Assembly: GCA_965113315.1 (NCBI GenBank)
Contig: OZ220376.1
Source of the DNA: Podarcis vaucheri
Taxonomy: Eukaryota
Reading direction: 5' to 3' (one strand)
Length of the DNA stretch: 64,000 bases
The notes beneath the pieces are model-generated. The model saw nothing but the letters and a program-made list of their open reading frames with translations. It ran no database searches and was not told where the DNA came from. This document shows, one piece after another, positions 27,658 through 40,746 of the stretch (its first letter is position 1; every line of letters begins with the position of its first letter). A program made the position numbers and the translations under genes.

Positions 27658-27905
27658 CAGGGGTCAGCAAACTTTTTCCGCAGAGGGCCGGTCCACTGTC
27701 CCTCAGACCTTGTGGGGGGGCTGGACTATATTGGGGGGGGGGGTGAATGCATTCCTATGCCCCACAAATAACCCAGAAATGCATTTTAAATAAAAGCACA
27801 CATTCTACTCATGTAAAAACACGCTGAATCCCGGACCGTCTGCCGGCCAAATTTAGAAGGCGAATGGGCCGGATTCGGCCCCGGGCCTTAGTTTGCCTAC
27901 CCATG
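27658..27905. mobile_element. hAT (Charlie-like) MITE
   Basis: TIRs CAGGGGTCAGCAAACT / AGTTTGCCTACCCATG; perfect 8-bp TSD gtctagac at 27650-27657 and 27906-27913. Confidence 0.88.
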
Positions 27906-29151
27906 GTCTAGACAGTACAGAGTTAGATGAAATAAGGATCTGGCTCAGTGTAAGGTAGCTTCCTTTGTTCCTAAAAATAAACAATCATTATTATCCAAGG
28001 GAGATACTTCCGTTGGGGTTTTAAACGCTTACCTCTTAACTTCCCCCCAAAACTCATCTAACAGCCCTTGAGAAACCCAGCCACAGGTTGTTGTGTCCTG
28101 TTCTGTTCCATCCTGTGTCTCTCCCCCCCCCCCACACACACATCTACTGGACTCTGCCAGGCTTTGATCAGATTGCATGTGGTTTTCCTTTCATGCACAA
28201 TTCGGCCTTCACCACTAGGGAGCTGTCCATAGTACCAAGAGCATGGGTTTTGTGCTACCCTTTTCACCACCTGGCTCCTGGCTGGCCGAGACGTTTCCAA
28301 GAGGAACATGCAAATACTGCTAACACACCACACCTGGCTTGGTGAGCTCCTCAGACTTCCCATAATGGTTTCGTACTTCCCTGATTCTGATTCTCCTACT
28401 GATCAGGAACAAGATCCAGCCAGTGTGTTACTTCCTTGGGGATGAGTTATACATCCATCTCTTTGGAGAAAATATCACTCCTGTCCTGATGCATAATAGT
28501 ATGCATTCTCATCTTTCCACCCACCCCCCTTATCTTTTATGGCTTCTCCCCTTAGCTACTCTTTTAGAAAACTATGGAAGGAGTCAGTGGGTGAGGCTTG
28601 AGGGTTTTATCAGAGCCCCCAAACAGACTTTGACTCAGAGGTAAGTCCCACTGATTTCTTTCTTTTAAGTGACAAAGGCTTAGAAGTTCCCAAGAGCCTG
28701 ACTGCTTGCCCGAAATGGCATTTCATCATTAATGCTGTGCAAAGATCAAGTTGGGGCAGAATTCCATGGCTTTTTAAGGCAGTCGTTCATATCTGGAACA
28801 TTCCAGCTCAGCACAGAGTCCTTTGACACTTGACATTGCAGCAGTGTAAATGATGCTGCACGGATAGTACTTCTACATTTGCAGCATCATTAAGACTCGG
28901 GTGAAAATCATACAGGAAAGCAGTCAGCAACAAGAAATGGAACAGTGCTCCTAGTCAAGGGTGAGTCACATCTTCAGAGCTGCATAAGCTATTCAATATT
29001 ACAGTACCCCTAAATGCCCACTTAACCATCTATTCAGCTTTTTCATTGCAGTTTGTAAAATAAATCAAGTCTTTTTATCATTTGTATTTTCTGGTTGGGG
29101 AGCCTTCGGGTGGAAGTTCCTTAGATCAGAGATGGGGAACCCCAGGAATTG

Positions 29152-29505
29152 GGGATACGTATGTGGCACTATGGGTTAAACCACAGAGCCTAGGACTTGC
29201 CAATCAGAAGGTCGGTGGTTTGAATCCCCGTGATGGGGTGAGCTCCCGTTGCTCAGTCCCTGCTCCTGCCAACCTAGCAGTTTGAAAGCACGTCAAAGTG
29301 CAAGTAGATAAATAGGTACCACTCCAGCGGGAAGGTAAATGGCGTTTCTGCACACTGCTCTGGTTTGCCAGAAGCAGCTTAGTCATGCTGGCCACATGAC
29401 CCGGAAGCTGTACGCCAGCTCCCTTGGCCAATAAAGCGAGATGAGCGCCGCAACCCCAGAGTCGTCCGCGACTGGACCTAATGGTCAGGGGTCCCTTTAC
29501 CTTTT
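29152..29505 (+). mobile_element. Sauria (Squam1) SINE
   Basis: Full-length match to the other copies; tail GGGGTCCCTTTACCTTT. Confidence 0.9.
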
Positions 29506-30568
29506 ATGCTCCTCCCAAGTCTCCCTATCTGGAAAACAGGTGGGCCAACAAACCTTAATTTACCCTCACATTCTTCTCTAGCCTCTGTGCAGGCAAGCAA
29601 GCAAGCAGCATGGTTAAAGGTGCATTGTAGCCAGGCAGAAACATTCTAGGAGGGTACAAAGCAGGACCAGTAAGAAGCATGGCTGAGGAGAGCTGTGGCT
29701 GGGAAAGAGCCCCAAGGGCCAGATAGAGAGGCCTGGAGGGTTGCATTCAACCCCCAGTTTGAGGCCCCCATCCCTTCCATGGGGAGCATTGTGGTTGCCT
29801 CGCCTCAAAAAGGATATTGTAGAGTTGGAAAAGGTCCAGAATAGGAAATGCAAATGATCAATGGCACAACTTCCCTGTGGGGAAAGGTTGCAGCATTGGG
29901 GCTTTTTATCTTGGGAAACAGGTTAATAGGGGACAGCAGGATAGAAGCATATAGGATTATAGGTGGTATGGAGAAAGTCAGGGGTGTGGACCCTCATGCC
30001 CTTGGGCAATCTTGGCTTGATCACAGTCATTTCCCCCAAACCACATTCAGCTGCCCATCAACTGATATCACTGGTGATAGATAAGAGGACAGGGCTCAAT
30101 CCTGCATTGGCTGCGCTGCCTAGGTGGCAGGATTTAAGATTGAACTGCCGCTGCTGCCACCCACCTGCTTAAAGGAGAAATATAGCAAAGCCCCATTAGA
30201 AACAGCCTTCTCCACCCACACCCCTTTAAGGGGAAAGAATCCATAAACCAGCATGTCTTCATACTGAACCTATAGGCACTGCAAAGCCCCAGAGAGGATA
30301 TTGGCAGAATTATTTTGCCCACCTGTCATGTCACAATAACACCATGTGATTGACAGCCCCGGATTTCCATTTTCTGAAATATGGCAACCCTAGCAGAAGC
30401 TAACCTAACTGTACAGAGGCAAAAATTGCAATTGTTGCTCCACCTGCTTTTGCCTCTGGCCCCACACACTAGTGGGGCCCCAGAAGATTGCCCAGCCTCT
30501 GGCTGGAAAACGTTCCCTATCCCCGGTCTCTAACATGCTGGCTCTAGAGTTCCTGGTGTCTGCCAATT

Positions 30569-30661
30569 GAGTTGGCAGCTCAGAACTTCCCACTAGAAAC
30601 ACTCCAAATAAGGTTTTGGAGAATTTAGTGTTTCTAGTGGGAAGTTCTGAGCTGCCAACTC
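30569..30661. repeat. Perfect inverted repeat, 35-bp arms, 23-nt spacer
   Basis: Arms 30569-30603 and 30627-30661 are exact reverse complements. Confidence 0.95.
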
Positions 30662-31449
30662 TGAGGCCATTGCCTCCTTTTTTTGCATGCAGGAGTTTAC
30701 AGGCCACACAATGGCCACTGTGTTTGCCTGGCCCCATCAGCATGCAGCTCTTCATCCCTCTCCATCCTTTGGAAGCCTCTGTGACACTGCGCTTCAGTCT
30801 CAGCTTTTCCTGGCGATAGAAATAAGAGGGGGTGGAGTGGGGGCGCTACTGACCTCCCTGCTTTACCATCGCTACGACTGTCATCACCTTCTTCCCATTT
30901 GTCTTTCTAGAAACAAAGCCCATTTTAGCAAGTGACAGAGGAAAGCATTATAGGGCAGAAGCAGGTCTGCGAAAGCAATCGATGCAGATGACGCCACAAG
31001 AGTAACGGAGGGGGGGAGGAGAATGGCCCAGGAGGGAGGGGGGTTTCACAAGCTTAATTGAATCCATTCAAGGACAAGGAAAAGAAAGCAAGAAGCTCCT
31101 ATTTAATTCTTGTGTAGAATGAGAGAGAGCAAAAGAAATAAAAGGACCCAATGATGTGGGGAGGGTAGAAGAGATGGTGAAAGTTTCCCATGATCTCCTT
31201 TGTAAAGAAGTCTAGCTTGGAGACTTACTTTTCTCTGGCCAAGTGTTTCAGAAGACAAAAAAGGCAATGTACACTCGGAAAATCCAAAATTTCCATTCCA
31301 GCTGGTTCATTATACAAACTACTCTCAATCAAATAATTAGTGCCTGCGTTTGCCTTCCCCCCTCCCCTTGTCCTTTTGTGCCTGTCCTGAGACTAGAGTT
31401 TAGAAATAATAATATGAATTCAAAGACAAGGTAGATAAGACCGTATGAT

Positions 31450-31585
31450 TGCTGGAGGTTTTTAAACAGAGGTTGGATGGCCATCTGTCAATGATTCTTT
31501 AGCTGTGATTCCGGCATTCCAGGGGGTTGGACTAGATGGCCCTTAGGTTCCCTTCCAACTCTACAATTCTATGAGTCTATGATTT
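31450..31585 (+). mobile_element. CR1 LINE 3' end
   Basis: GGAGGTTTTTAAACAGAGG...GGGGGTTGGACTAGATG...ATTCTATGA tail. Confidence 0.7.
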
Positions 31586-32383
31586 GAATGAGGCATACAC
31601 ACAGGTATACATTTGTTCATGTATAGAGAAGTGATTTTGCTAGTTATAGAGAGGCAAAAAACTCTATAAAGAATGCAAGTTTCGCCCATGGATCATTAGA
31701 AGACTCGCTCATCCTTCTACAAGCTTCTGAGATTTCACCAGACATACATGACTCTTGCAGTAACGAGAACGAAAAACTTCCCTGTTTCATAAATGTATGG
31801 AAGACATGGGAGGAGCCCAGGACTCAGTAGCAGCTGAGCACAATGCTTTGTGTGCAGAGCCCCAGGTTTCATCTCCAGTTTTCACATCTCCAATTAAAAG
31901 GAACCAATAGATGGGAAAGGCGTCTGGCCCAAGGCTCTGGAGAGCCACTGCCAGTCAGAACTCAGAAGAGATAATACTTGGCAAGATGCACCAGACAGCT
32001 TCTTCTAATAATTCCCAGAGTGCTGACTTCTGCATCTAATAGGTCGATCACTGTAGTACTTAAACTCTCTGGTGCACACCGCTACTTCAGCAAAGGGCAC
32101 TAAAGCTCAGTGGTTCTTCTTGCCTTTCCCCTAGCTAAGAATATTCTTAGATTATCACTAGCATAAGGGCAAAGCAAGAGGAACTAGGAGCTCCAATATC
32201 CTTCTGTTGAAGCAGCTGTGGCTGTCGCATAATCCCTTTAATTGGATTTGGAGGAGGATGCCTTGGGAAAGCAACACTCTGAGGAATGAGGAACCTGCCA
32301 CCCTCTGAATACGGTTGAACTCCATTTGCTTTACAATGCTGTGAAAACAATGCAAACTAGTGATGAACATGAGGGCTGCACAT

Positions 32384-32631
32384 CCTCCAACATTTCTCCG
32401 AAGAAAATAGGGACATCCTATTCCATACCCTCCAACATTTTGCTCATTAAAAAAGGGACATCCTATTCCAAAACCTTCAACATTTCTCCGAAGAAAATAG
32501 GGACATCCTGTTCCATACCCTCCAACATTTTGCTGATGAAGACTCCATCCCCTCCAACTTTTCTCTGATGAAAATAGGGACATCCTATTCCAAAACCTTC
32601 AACATTTCTCTGATGAAAATAGGGACATCCC
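32384..32631. repeat. Minisatellite of ~39-40-bp units (CAACATTTCTCCGAAGAAAATAGGGACATCC...), probably from hAT subterminal sequence
   Basis: About 6-7 imperfect tandem units; same motif in reverse at ~37340-37590. Confidence 0.7.
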
Positions 32632-33389
32632 ACCATACCAACTCATCTAGGAGGAAAACCCAGCCTGACCAGCCCCCATGCCTTTAGTAGGAACTTGGAC
32701 TGCAGGGACTAACAGGTGATCTTTTTCACAGTCTATGCACTTCGACACAACTTTGTTAATATATTCAGAAATGTTTATCAGAGTGTTTATGTCCTGAACC
32801 CCTGGCCTACCTGGCAGCAAGTCAGTATGTCGAGTCCCCAGCCCAGGGTCAATCCATGTGTCCAGAGTCCATAGCACAGTCGTGCAGAGATCCTGAAGCA
32901 TCCAAGCTGAGATCCATCAACATGGGCAGTTGAACAGACCCAGCACCTCAGCTCTGTTGCCCTTTTATACTTTGCATGCTGATTGCAGCATCTGGGCTTG
33001 AAGAGGCATGTGAAGCTCACCTGTTCCAAGCCTACTCCAGCTGAGGAATCACACACCTTCTCCCAGAGCTAGCAAGCCCCACCTGGCCAGCTAGGGAGCT
33101 GGGCTGTGGGCCATTGCCTGCCTTAGTCTCCTGGAGCGCAACTCCTGCTGCTTCTTACTCCTCAGAGCCTGTCATGTTTGTGGAGACCAGGGGCCCTCTG
33201 GCTATGGTGATTTGTCCTGCTGCTCTGGTTCCTGTGTGCTGGCCCCCATTCCTTCATCATCCTCTGTCACCCCATGAGTATTTCCTACACCAACCTCTCC
33301 TTCCCCATCCCCAGTTGACCCCGGTGTGTCCCAGTCCCAGCTCCACCCCTCACCAGGATCCAGATGGGCAGGGTAAAAATAATAAATGA

Positions 33390-33468
<79 letters not shown>

Positions 33469-33469
33469 T
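33390..33469. repeat. Compound (TTA)n(CTA)n microsatellite
   Basis: Direct observation. Confidence 0.95.
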
Positions 33470-33957
33470 TCCTCCCTGCTGTCCTGCCAGTTCATGACAA
33501 TTTATTGTTCTTTTATTTTTATGTAATTGTTGCATGTCATATGCTCTAATGTAAATAAGGATATATTTTGATGCAACCATGTTAAACAGTTTAAAGGTGA
33601 AAATTAATAAAAGCTATGTTACAAAGGGGTGGGGACTGAACAGAGGCTGTGCATACTGATACCATACATTTAAAGCAGCTGACTTCCCTCCAAAGAATCC
33701 TAAGAATCCTGGAACTGTAGTTTGTTAAGGGTGTTGGGAACTGTAGTTCTCTGGAGGTAAATCGCAGTTCCAAGGATTCTCTTGAGCTGGTGGGAGAATA
33801 TGTGTTTTAAGTAGATGGTGTGTGTACACAGCATTAATCTCTTCCCAAGGTAACCAAACAACATCTCTTGTGCTCAAGAAGGTAAAATCAGCATGCTTGG
33901 GGGTGGGGAGGGGAATACAGGATGCTCAGAAATTCAAAAGGAAAAATAATGAAGGGG

Positions 33958-34704
33958 CTACAGGGTAGGACACACACACACAGCCAATAAAGACTGAGTA
34001 TGCTCAGTGGACACAGAATGTGTGTGTGCAAAGGTAAGAAGGAGGAGGGAACAGAACGTAGCGTATAATAAAAGAAGATGTGTCTGGCTAGAACGTGGAA
34101 TTGAAGTGACTCCATGTTGCAACATTTTGTTGCAGGTTCCAGTGGTATCGTTTAACACCAAGACAAGCACTGAGTGAACACATAAGAAATAAGAAATGCC
34201 GCGGAATTCAGTGAGCCTTGTTATGGAGTAATCATGTATAGGACACAGCTCTCAGCATCACTTTGAGGAATATTTTGCAGCCGGCAAATGTTGTTCCTTC
34301 CCAGTTCATGTTGGTTAGGTTTCCTTTGGTAGAAATGCAGAAATCTTTTCAGCTGGTGAAGCTTGTCATGTCAGAGTGATTGGGCTGGGGGGAGAATCCC
34401 TGTAATAGGCGGTTATTAAAAAGTAGAGGAGTTTAGTTTAATGCCAGTTTTTCTTCGGCTGAAAAGACTGGATAACATAATAAGACCGTCCGTGCAGGTG
34501 TCAGGATTGCAGTCTAAAAGACATGGCACGCATCTGGAATCCTGCCCATCTTTGCATCTTGCCACTTCATTTGCTGCAGCGACCATTGTAAGGATGTACT
34601 TCTTATTATAATACTCTCTGTGATATTCTTCACAGTGCATCTCGCTCCCGTCCCCCGCACAGAGCAAGAGACAGATCAGGGCAATTGGGCCAGGGTGACT
34701 CATT
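33958..34704 (-). pseudogene. Intronless decayed TNF-receptor-superfamily-like sequence (signal peptide, cysteine-rich domains, hydrophobic segment)
   Basis: MSHPGPIALICLLLCAGDG-SEMHCEEYHREYYNK..VARCKDGQDSRCVPC..CNPDTCTDGL resembles TNFR CRD1/CRD2 spacing; alternative frame YNGRCSK*; downstream HLLLLYATFCSLLLLTF in another frame. Confidence 0.5.
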
Positions 34705-34846
34705 CTGCAGAAAGATAAAGAAGCCAATACCTTAGCTCATCTGCAAGCACCGTTCAGGGAGAGATGGATGGGCCAGCGGGGGGTTCCGTTTACACCTACG
34801 TGGCAGAGATAATGAAAGGGGGAACGGCAAGAAATAACGATGCTCT

Positions 34847-34862
34847 GCTGCCCTCTAGAGGC
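34847..34862 (-). promoter_or_regulatory. Candidate CTCF site
   Basis: Reverse complement CCTCTAGAGGGCAGC (one mismatch to consensus). Confidence 0.4.
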
Positions 34863-34864
34863 TG

Positions 34865-36060
34865 CCGCCAAGCAACCCTATTTCTCCATTAACATCAGTC
34901 AGGAGAGGCTGTGCATTATTTCGACCCGTATCTGGACGCACTTGGGGGTTGGATGAGGGCTAATAAACGGAATTTAGACCCTGGGAAGACAGAGGCACAG
35001 TGTGGGGGTGGGGCGGGGGTCCCGCATCTCGGAGATTGGACAGTTGCTTGTTTTGGGTGGGGTTGCATTCCCTCTGTAAGGCTTGCTGTTTAGAGTTGCT
35101 GCTGGATCCATCTTTGTTGCTGGAGTCTCAGGTAGCCTCAGTAGTTAGGAGTGCCTTCTCCCAGCTAAAGCTGGTACACCAATTGCAGTCATTCTTGCAC
35201 AGTGACAGTCTGGCTATGATGATTCGTGCACTGGTAAGCTCAGGACTTGATTACTGGAATGCATTTTTTGTGGTGCTGCTATTTGGACTGGTCCAGAAGC
35301 TCCAGCTGGTGCAAAATGTTGTAACTAGACTGTTTTTGGGGGCGGACTACCTCCAGCACATAACTTCAGTCCTTAAAAACTTCCAATGGCTGCTGATGAG
35401 TCCAGGATTACCACCTGGTGCCTTATATCCCTGCCTGATGGCCAAGATCTTTGGGAAAGTAAATTAATGGTCCCCCATGACTCAGACGCGGGTGGCACTG
35501 TGGGTTAAACCACAGAGCCTAGGACTTGCTGATCAGAAGGTCGGCGGTTCGAATCCCCGTGATGGGGTGAGTTCCCATTGCTCGGTCCCTGCTCCTGCCA
35601 ACCTAGCAGTTCAGAAGCACGTCAAAGTGCAAGTAGATAAATAGGTACCGCTCCGGCGGGAAGGTAAACAGTGTTTCCGTGCGCTGCTCTGGTTCGCCAG
35701 AAGCGGCTTAGTCATGCTGGCCACATGACCCGGAAGCTGTATACTGGCTCCCTTGGCCAATAAAGCAAGATGAGCACAACAACCCCAGAGTCGGCCACGA
35801 CTGTACCTAATGGTCAGGGGTCCCTTTACCTTTCCCTTTATGACTCAGACACATGGATTGGTATACAAGAAGCCATGTGTTCAGTATTGTGGGTCCAATT
35901 CTGTAGATTGCTTCTATGTAAATTGCATCAAATTAAGTGGAAAGGTTGTAGTGGTTGCCCATATGCTACTGGGCCAGCATTAATTTGCAATGCCACTAAC
36001 AACTTGAGTCCAGGATACCTTAAAGACCAGTTGATGCCTGCTCACTGTGGTCTTCATTGT
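34865..36060 (+). mobile_element. Old L2-clade LINE fragment with a nested Sauria SINE
   Basis: WMRANKRNLDPGKTE, LLLESQVASVVRSAFSQL and LQLVQN motifs. Confidence 0.7.
35485..35839 (+). mobile_element. Sauria (Squam1) SINE
   Basis: Full length; TSD atgactcagac at 35477-35487 and 35840-35850. Confidence 0.9.
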
Positions 36061-38283
36061 TCATGACCCCCCGCCCATGGCCCAGACATACGGTTTACAC
36101 ATCCACAAGGACATAGGCATACAAAAACTGATCAGACTGAGTTTCCCTTAAGCATGGGTGGCTGGGTAGCATCTTCTGTCACACCTGAGGGCAGCAGACT
36201 AGATTCAGGGGGCAAAGGCAAGGCCTATAGCACAGTCCCCCAACACCTTACCTTTACCTTTGCTTTACCTTCTCCCACCCCTGCCATCTGTCACCTGAAG
36301 CAGTTGCCTCACTCTGCCTAATGGCAGAGCTGGCCACAGAGGCTTGTCGCAAGCCCTGAAGACTTACAAATCTAAAACAGCATAACGTTCTTCATGTATT
36401 CTATTAATATGGTCTACAAAAGCTCATGCCATAATCAATTTGTCGGTCTTTAAAGGTGCCACGAGACTCTTTTGTTTTATTTTTACTGTAGCAGATGAAC
36501 ATGGCTATTCCATTTTTAATTTCAACAAGTAAGATGAATGGCTGGATGGGGATTTGAATTGCGACCTCTCCAGTTCTAGTTCTACACTTTAACCACTACA
36601 TTGGAGTGGCTATTTTCTCCCCGCCCCCCCACCCTAGGACCCTTAAGCAACCATCCAGGGGCCACAGGCCAGCAGTGGGTGTGGCCACACCATACTATCA
36701 TAGGTCTCAGAGGCACCAACCCTCACAGGATTTTTTTTGCTGGGGTGGGGGACAAAGTAAAACATTGTGGAACAGACTCATTTAAAAATGAGCATAGTGT
36801 CTGTGCATCTTGTCTCATATCTCAGGTTCTATAAATGTTGGAAACTTGCTCTCTTTTTGAAATGAAAGCTGGGAATCTGGGTATTATGTTATGCAGAGCT
36901 GGGGGACATCCAGCCTGCATACCTAATCAGGCCCACCAGGCCTCCCCATTTGACCCAGGCCATTCTAGGCAAGCAATGCTCACCTGCCAATCACCTGACA
37001 TCTCATATGACAAGTAAAAATGCAGCTGCCCTGGCCAAAATAAGCTTCTGAAGCACCACCAATCCTCTGACGGTTGCCACTTCAAAGCACAGCAAAGGGC
37101 CCTCTGTGGAGCTTAGAAACACACACCCCCAACAGTCAGCTGATTGTTGAGGCTTCAAAGTGCAGTGCAGAGCTCTTTGAAAGCCCCTTTCAAAAAACAC
37201 TGGAGGGCATGAAGTAGGACTGGTGAGGATCTGGAGAGCAGGGGAGCAGACCCTCCAGGTGTTCCTATTTTCCAGGGACATCCCTGATTTAGAGAAGCCA
37301 TCCCAGTTTCTGATTTGATTCCAGAATGTCCCCCTTTTCCTTAGGATGTCCCTATTTTCATTGGAGAAATGTTGGAGGGTATGGAGTTATCCAACCCCCG
37401 AACTATCTGAACGCAATCTTGTATAGATAAGTTTTTTTTAATGTTTAATGTTTTATTATGCTTTAATATGTGTTGGAAGCTGCCCAGAGTGGCTGGGTCA
37501 ACCCAGGAAGATGTGTGGGGTATACATAGTAAAATTATAATTATGGAATGGGATGTCCCAATTTTCTTCGGAAAAATGTTGGATGGAGTAGGAGTGGCTT
37601 GGGAAGACTGCTGAGGGGCCAAGATAGAGAGGCCTGGAGGGCCACATTTGTCCCCTGGAGTGTGAGGATGCCCATATTTGCCCTATCTGGACTCCTGCCT
37701 CCATCCCACAGCCATGGTCCTTGCAAGCCTGCACAGTTAGAAGCTGATAAAAGCACATACTGAAGACCCGGGACAAGAGAGAACACCATTCTTGACTCAT
37801 GTGGCATGGTCTTGGAAGGCCTTCCTCTGCCTTTGATGAGTCAAGGTGGGAAAAATTACAGTGTTGCCTTAATAACATAGCAGCTTCCGGAAATATGGCT
37901 CTGGAAATAGCATCAAAATGTCACATTCCTTCCCACCAACAAAGGCTTCTTGGATAGTGACAAGTTGCTAGGTGACATTTCCCTCCTATTTTCAGCTCAA
38001 TGGCAGGCTCACACACCTCCTTGGTTAGTGCTGTCAAAGATTTCCCGCATCTTCAGTCATCAGAGGCGAAGAAGGAGGCAGCAGAAATAACAACAACCCA
38101 TTTTCATATTGCCAACTGTGGAACAAGAACATAGCTTAGGTCTGAGCCAAGATACAAACACACACACATAAACATTCACCACTATTTGCAAGCTGCACAC
38201 AGGTCTCCATTTATGCAGTTTTTGAGAAGCCCCTGCAAACAGGGCAAAAGTGTTTGCCTCCATTTACCATGGTAGCTGGAATA

Positions 38284-38648
38284 AAGGTAAAGGTAAAGGG
38301 ACCCCTGACCATTAGGTCCACTCGTGACCAACTCTGGGGTTGCAGCGCTCATCTCGCTTTATTGGCCGAGGGAGCCGGCGATTGTCCGCAGACAGCTTCC
38401 GGGTCATGTGGCCAGCATGACTAAGCCGCTTCTGGCGAACCAGAGCAGCGCACAGAAACACCGTTTACCTTCCCGCTGGAGCGGTACCTATTTATCTACT
38501 TGCACTTGACGTGCTTTCGAACTGCTAGGTTGGCAGGAGCAGGGACCGAGGAACGGGAGCTCACCCCGTTGCAGGGATTCGAACCGCCAACCTTCTGAGC
38601 GGCAAGTCCTAGGCTCTGTGGTTTAACCCACAGCGCCACCCGCGTCCC
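38284..38648 (-). mobile_element. Sauria (Squam1) SINE, young
   Basis: Full length; perfect 22-bp TSD atttaccatggtagctggaata at 38262-38283 and 38653-38674. Confidence 0.92.
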
Positions 38649-39054
38649 TATTATTTACCATGGTAGCTGGAATACTGAGGCACAATAGTATGCTTTTCCA
38701 TACAGTTGAAAATCACGACTCGTGGGAAACTAGTTTGTCAATGAGAAAGATCTGCTAGTTTTGGTATAGACAGATTCTGCCACATGAGCCCCAACCTGCA
38801 GTCTGAAGTGGTAAATCCCAGGTGCTCACGACCTGCCTGAGAACTGGAGGTAACAAGTAGAACTTGGAACAAAATGTTTGAGTCTGGAGTGCCTCCTGTT
38901 CAGAGTGCCAGCCAGCCACTCTGCATTCTGTGGTCACTGAGCATGGTCAGCCTTTATTGGGCTGGGGTTCTGGGGTTCCCTCCTCTGCAAACCTTGGGGT
39001 TCCCCAAGGCCTGCTGATGCCTCCTTCTTATCCTTCTTATCTGAGGATGGTACT

Positions 39055-39244
39055 NNNNNNNNNNNNNNNNNNNNNNNNNNNNNNNNNNNNNNNNNNNNNN
39101 NNNNNNNNNNNNNNNNNNNNNNNNNNNNNNNNNNNNNNNNNNNNNNNNNNNNNNNNNNNNNNNNNNNNNNNNNNNNNNNNNNNNNNNNNNNNNNNNNNNN
39201 NNNNNNNNNNNNNNNNNNNNNNNNNNNNNNNNNNNNNNNNNNNN
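39055..39244. other. Assembly gap (190 N)
   Basis: Run of N. Confidence 1.
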
Positions 39245-40675
39245 TATCTCTACTGAGAAGGAGATATTCCATCTTCAGTATGTGCCTTTTACCCCCATTA
39301 AACAATTTGTGTAGAGTGTTTTAAGTACCTACATCTAATAACCTTGACAGTTCCTTCTGCTGACCCTTAAGGCCAGTAGAATATGCAGAGCATTTTGAAA
39401 CTGAACCTTTGAGGGCAAAGCAGGTTGAAAATCTGAACCAATTTTTCTAAGTATACTTAATGGGAAATAAGCTCTGTCATAACCATCCTGGACTTAACTT
39501 GCAATTAAATAGTCCTAGTTGCAAGAGAGCAATAGAGAAAGAGACAATTTTGTCATTTAAAAATAGCAACAAAATGTTGCAGCTCCTGTTTGTGATTGCA
39601 AATTCCATTGTTGACTATGCACTGTGTGTAGAAGTACTTTATTTCGTTTGTCCTGAATCTCACACCTTTCAGCTTAGTTGAATAAACCTGGATTTTAATA
39701 TTATGAGAGAGGCAGGAAAACATCTCTCTATCCATTTTCTCCACAAGAAACAATATTCAAACAATATTTTCAAGTCCTGGTTTACAGTATTATTCCCCTC
39801 GTGGGCAATCAAATTTCACATTTTATTTTACAAAGTTTTCAGCTTAAGTGGTAATCTCAAACAAATTTGCAAGTGCCAAGATTTGTCCTAAGGAAAAACA
39901 TTAATAAACAGTAGGGTTTGGGCAGCAAACCTATTAGCAGGGCAAGGATGAAAGAATTGTTGTGGCTTGGCTGTGAGCATTTGAATATTTTAATTTGCAA
40001 ACTGTTTTTAAGTGAATGTATGTAACACATGTTTATGTCTAATGCTCAAAAGCAAACATGCCCATGATATTTCAAGCTACATGGATCACCACCACCCATT
40101 TATTATAGTCGACAGACCAGAAATAAGACCACTATGGAAATAATAGCACAATATTCAACAGACCTTAGGGAGTTGTCTTCAGGTGAGTCAGACCACTGGT
40201 CAATCTGATTTCATACTGTCTGCAACAACTGGCAGTGGCTCTCCAAAATTTGAAACGGGCATTTCCCAGCTATACCTTAAGATGAGATTTCACCCAGGGC
40301 CTTTTGCATGCAGAGCAAATGCTTTGCCACTGATTTACCTCTTAGTTTACCAAAGTTTATTTTTAGTCTAATGCAGGAATAGTCAACATGGTATCCTCCC
40401 AAAGTTGTCGTACTCTATCTCCCATCAGCCAGAACCAGTATGGCCAATGGTCAGGAATTATGGGAGCTGTAGTCCAACAATGCCAGGAGAGAACCACAAT
40501 TCTTATTCCTGGTTTAATGTTTCTTTTAGTTGCAGATTAATGTGACTTGCGAACCGGACCATTATCTCAGCAGTCCTTCCCATGTCCTTCTAAGTTAGAG
40601 GAACCTAGCAAGTTCATTCAAGAGGGAAAACATTGAACTGGGGACTGATTTTCTGGTTCACAGATCAGTCTCTTT

Positions 40676-40746
40676 GCCACTATGTCAGTAGGCCTTGCTT
40701 TGCTTACTTGTAAAGTAAGCAAAGCAAGGCCTACTGACATAGTGGC
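40676..40746. repeat. Perfect inverted repeat, 34-bp arms, 3-nt loop
   Basis: Arms 40676-40709 and 40713-40746 are exact reverse complements. Confidence 0.95.

Noticed and set aside
32384-32631. CRISPR-like repeat array
   Set aside because: No unique spacers; eukaryotic minisatellite sharing motifs with TE ends elsewhere in the window
33350-33580. Poly-Leu/Ile/Val ORFs (also poly-HT/CV/ER ORFs at 14.6 kb and 19.2 kb, poly-Ile at 56.5 kb)
   Set aside because: Translations of microsatellites
38930-39305. ORFs spanning the N run
   Set aside because: Artefacts of the assembly gap
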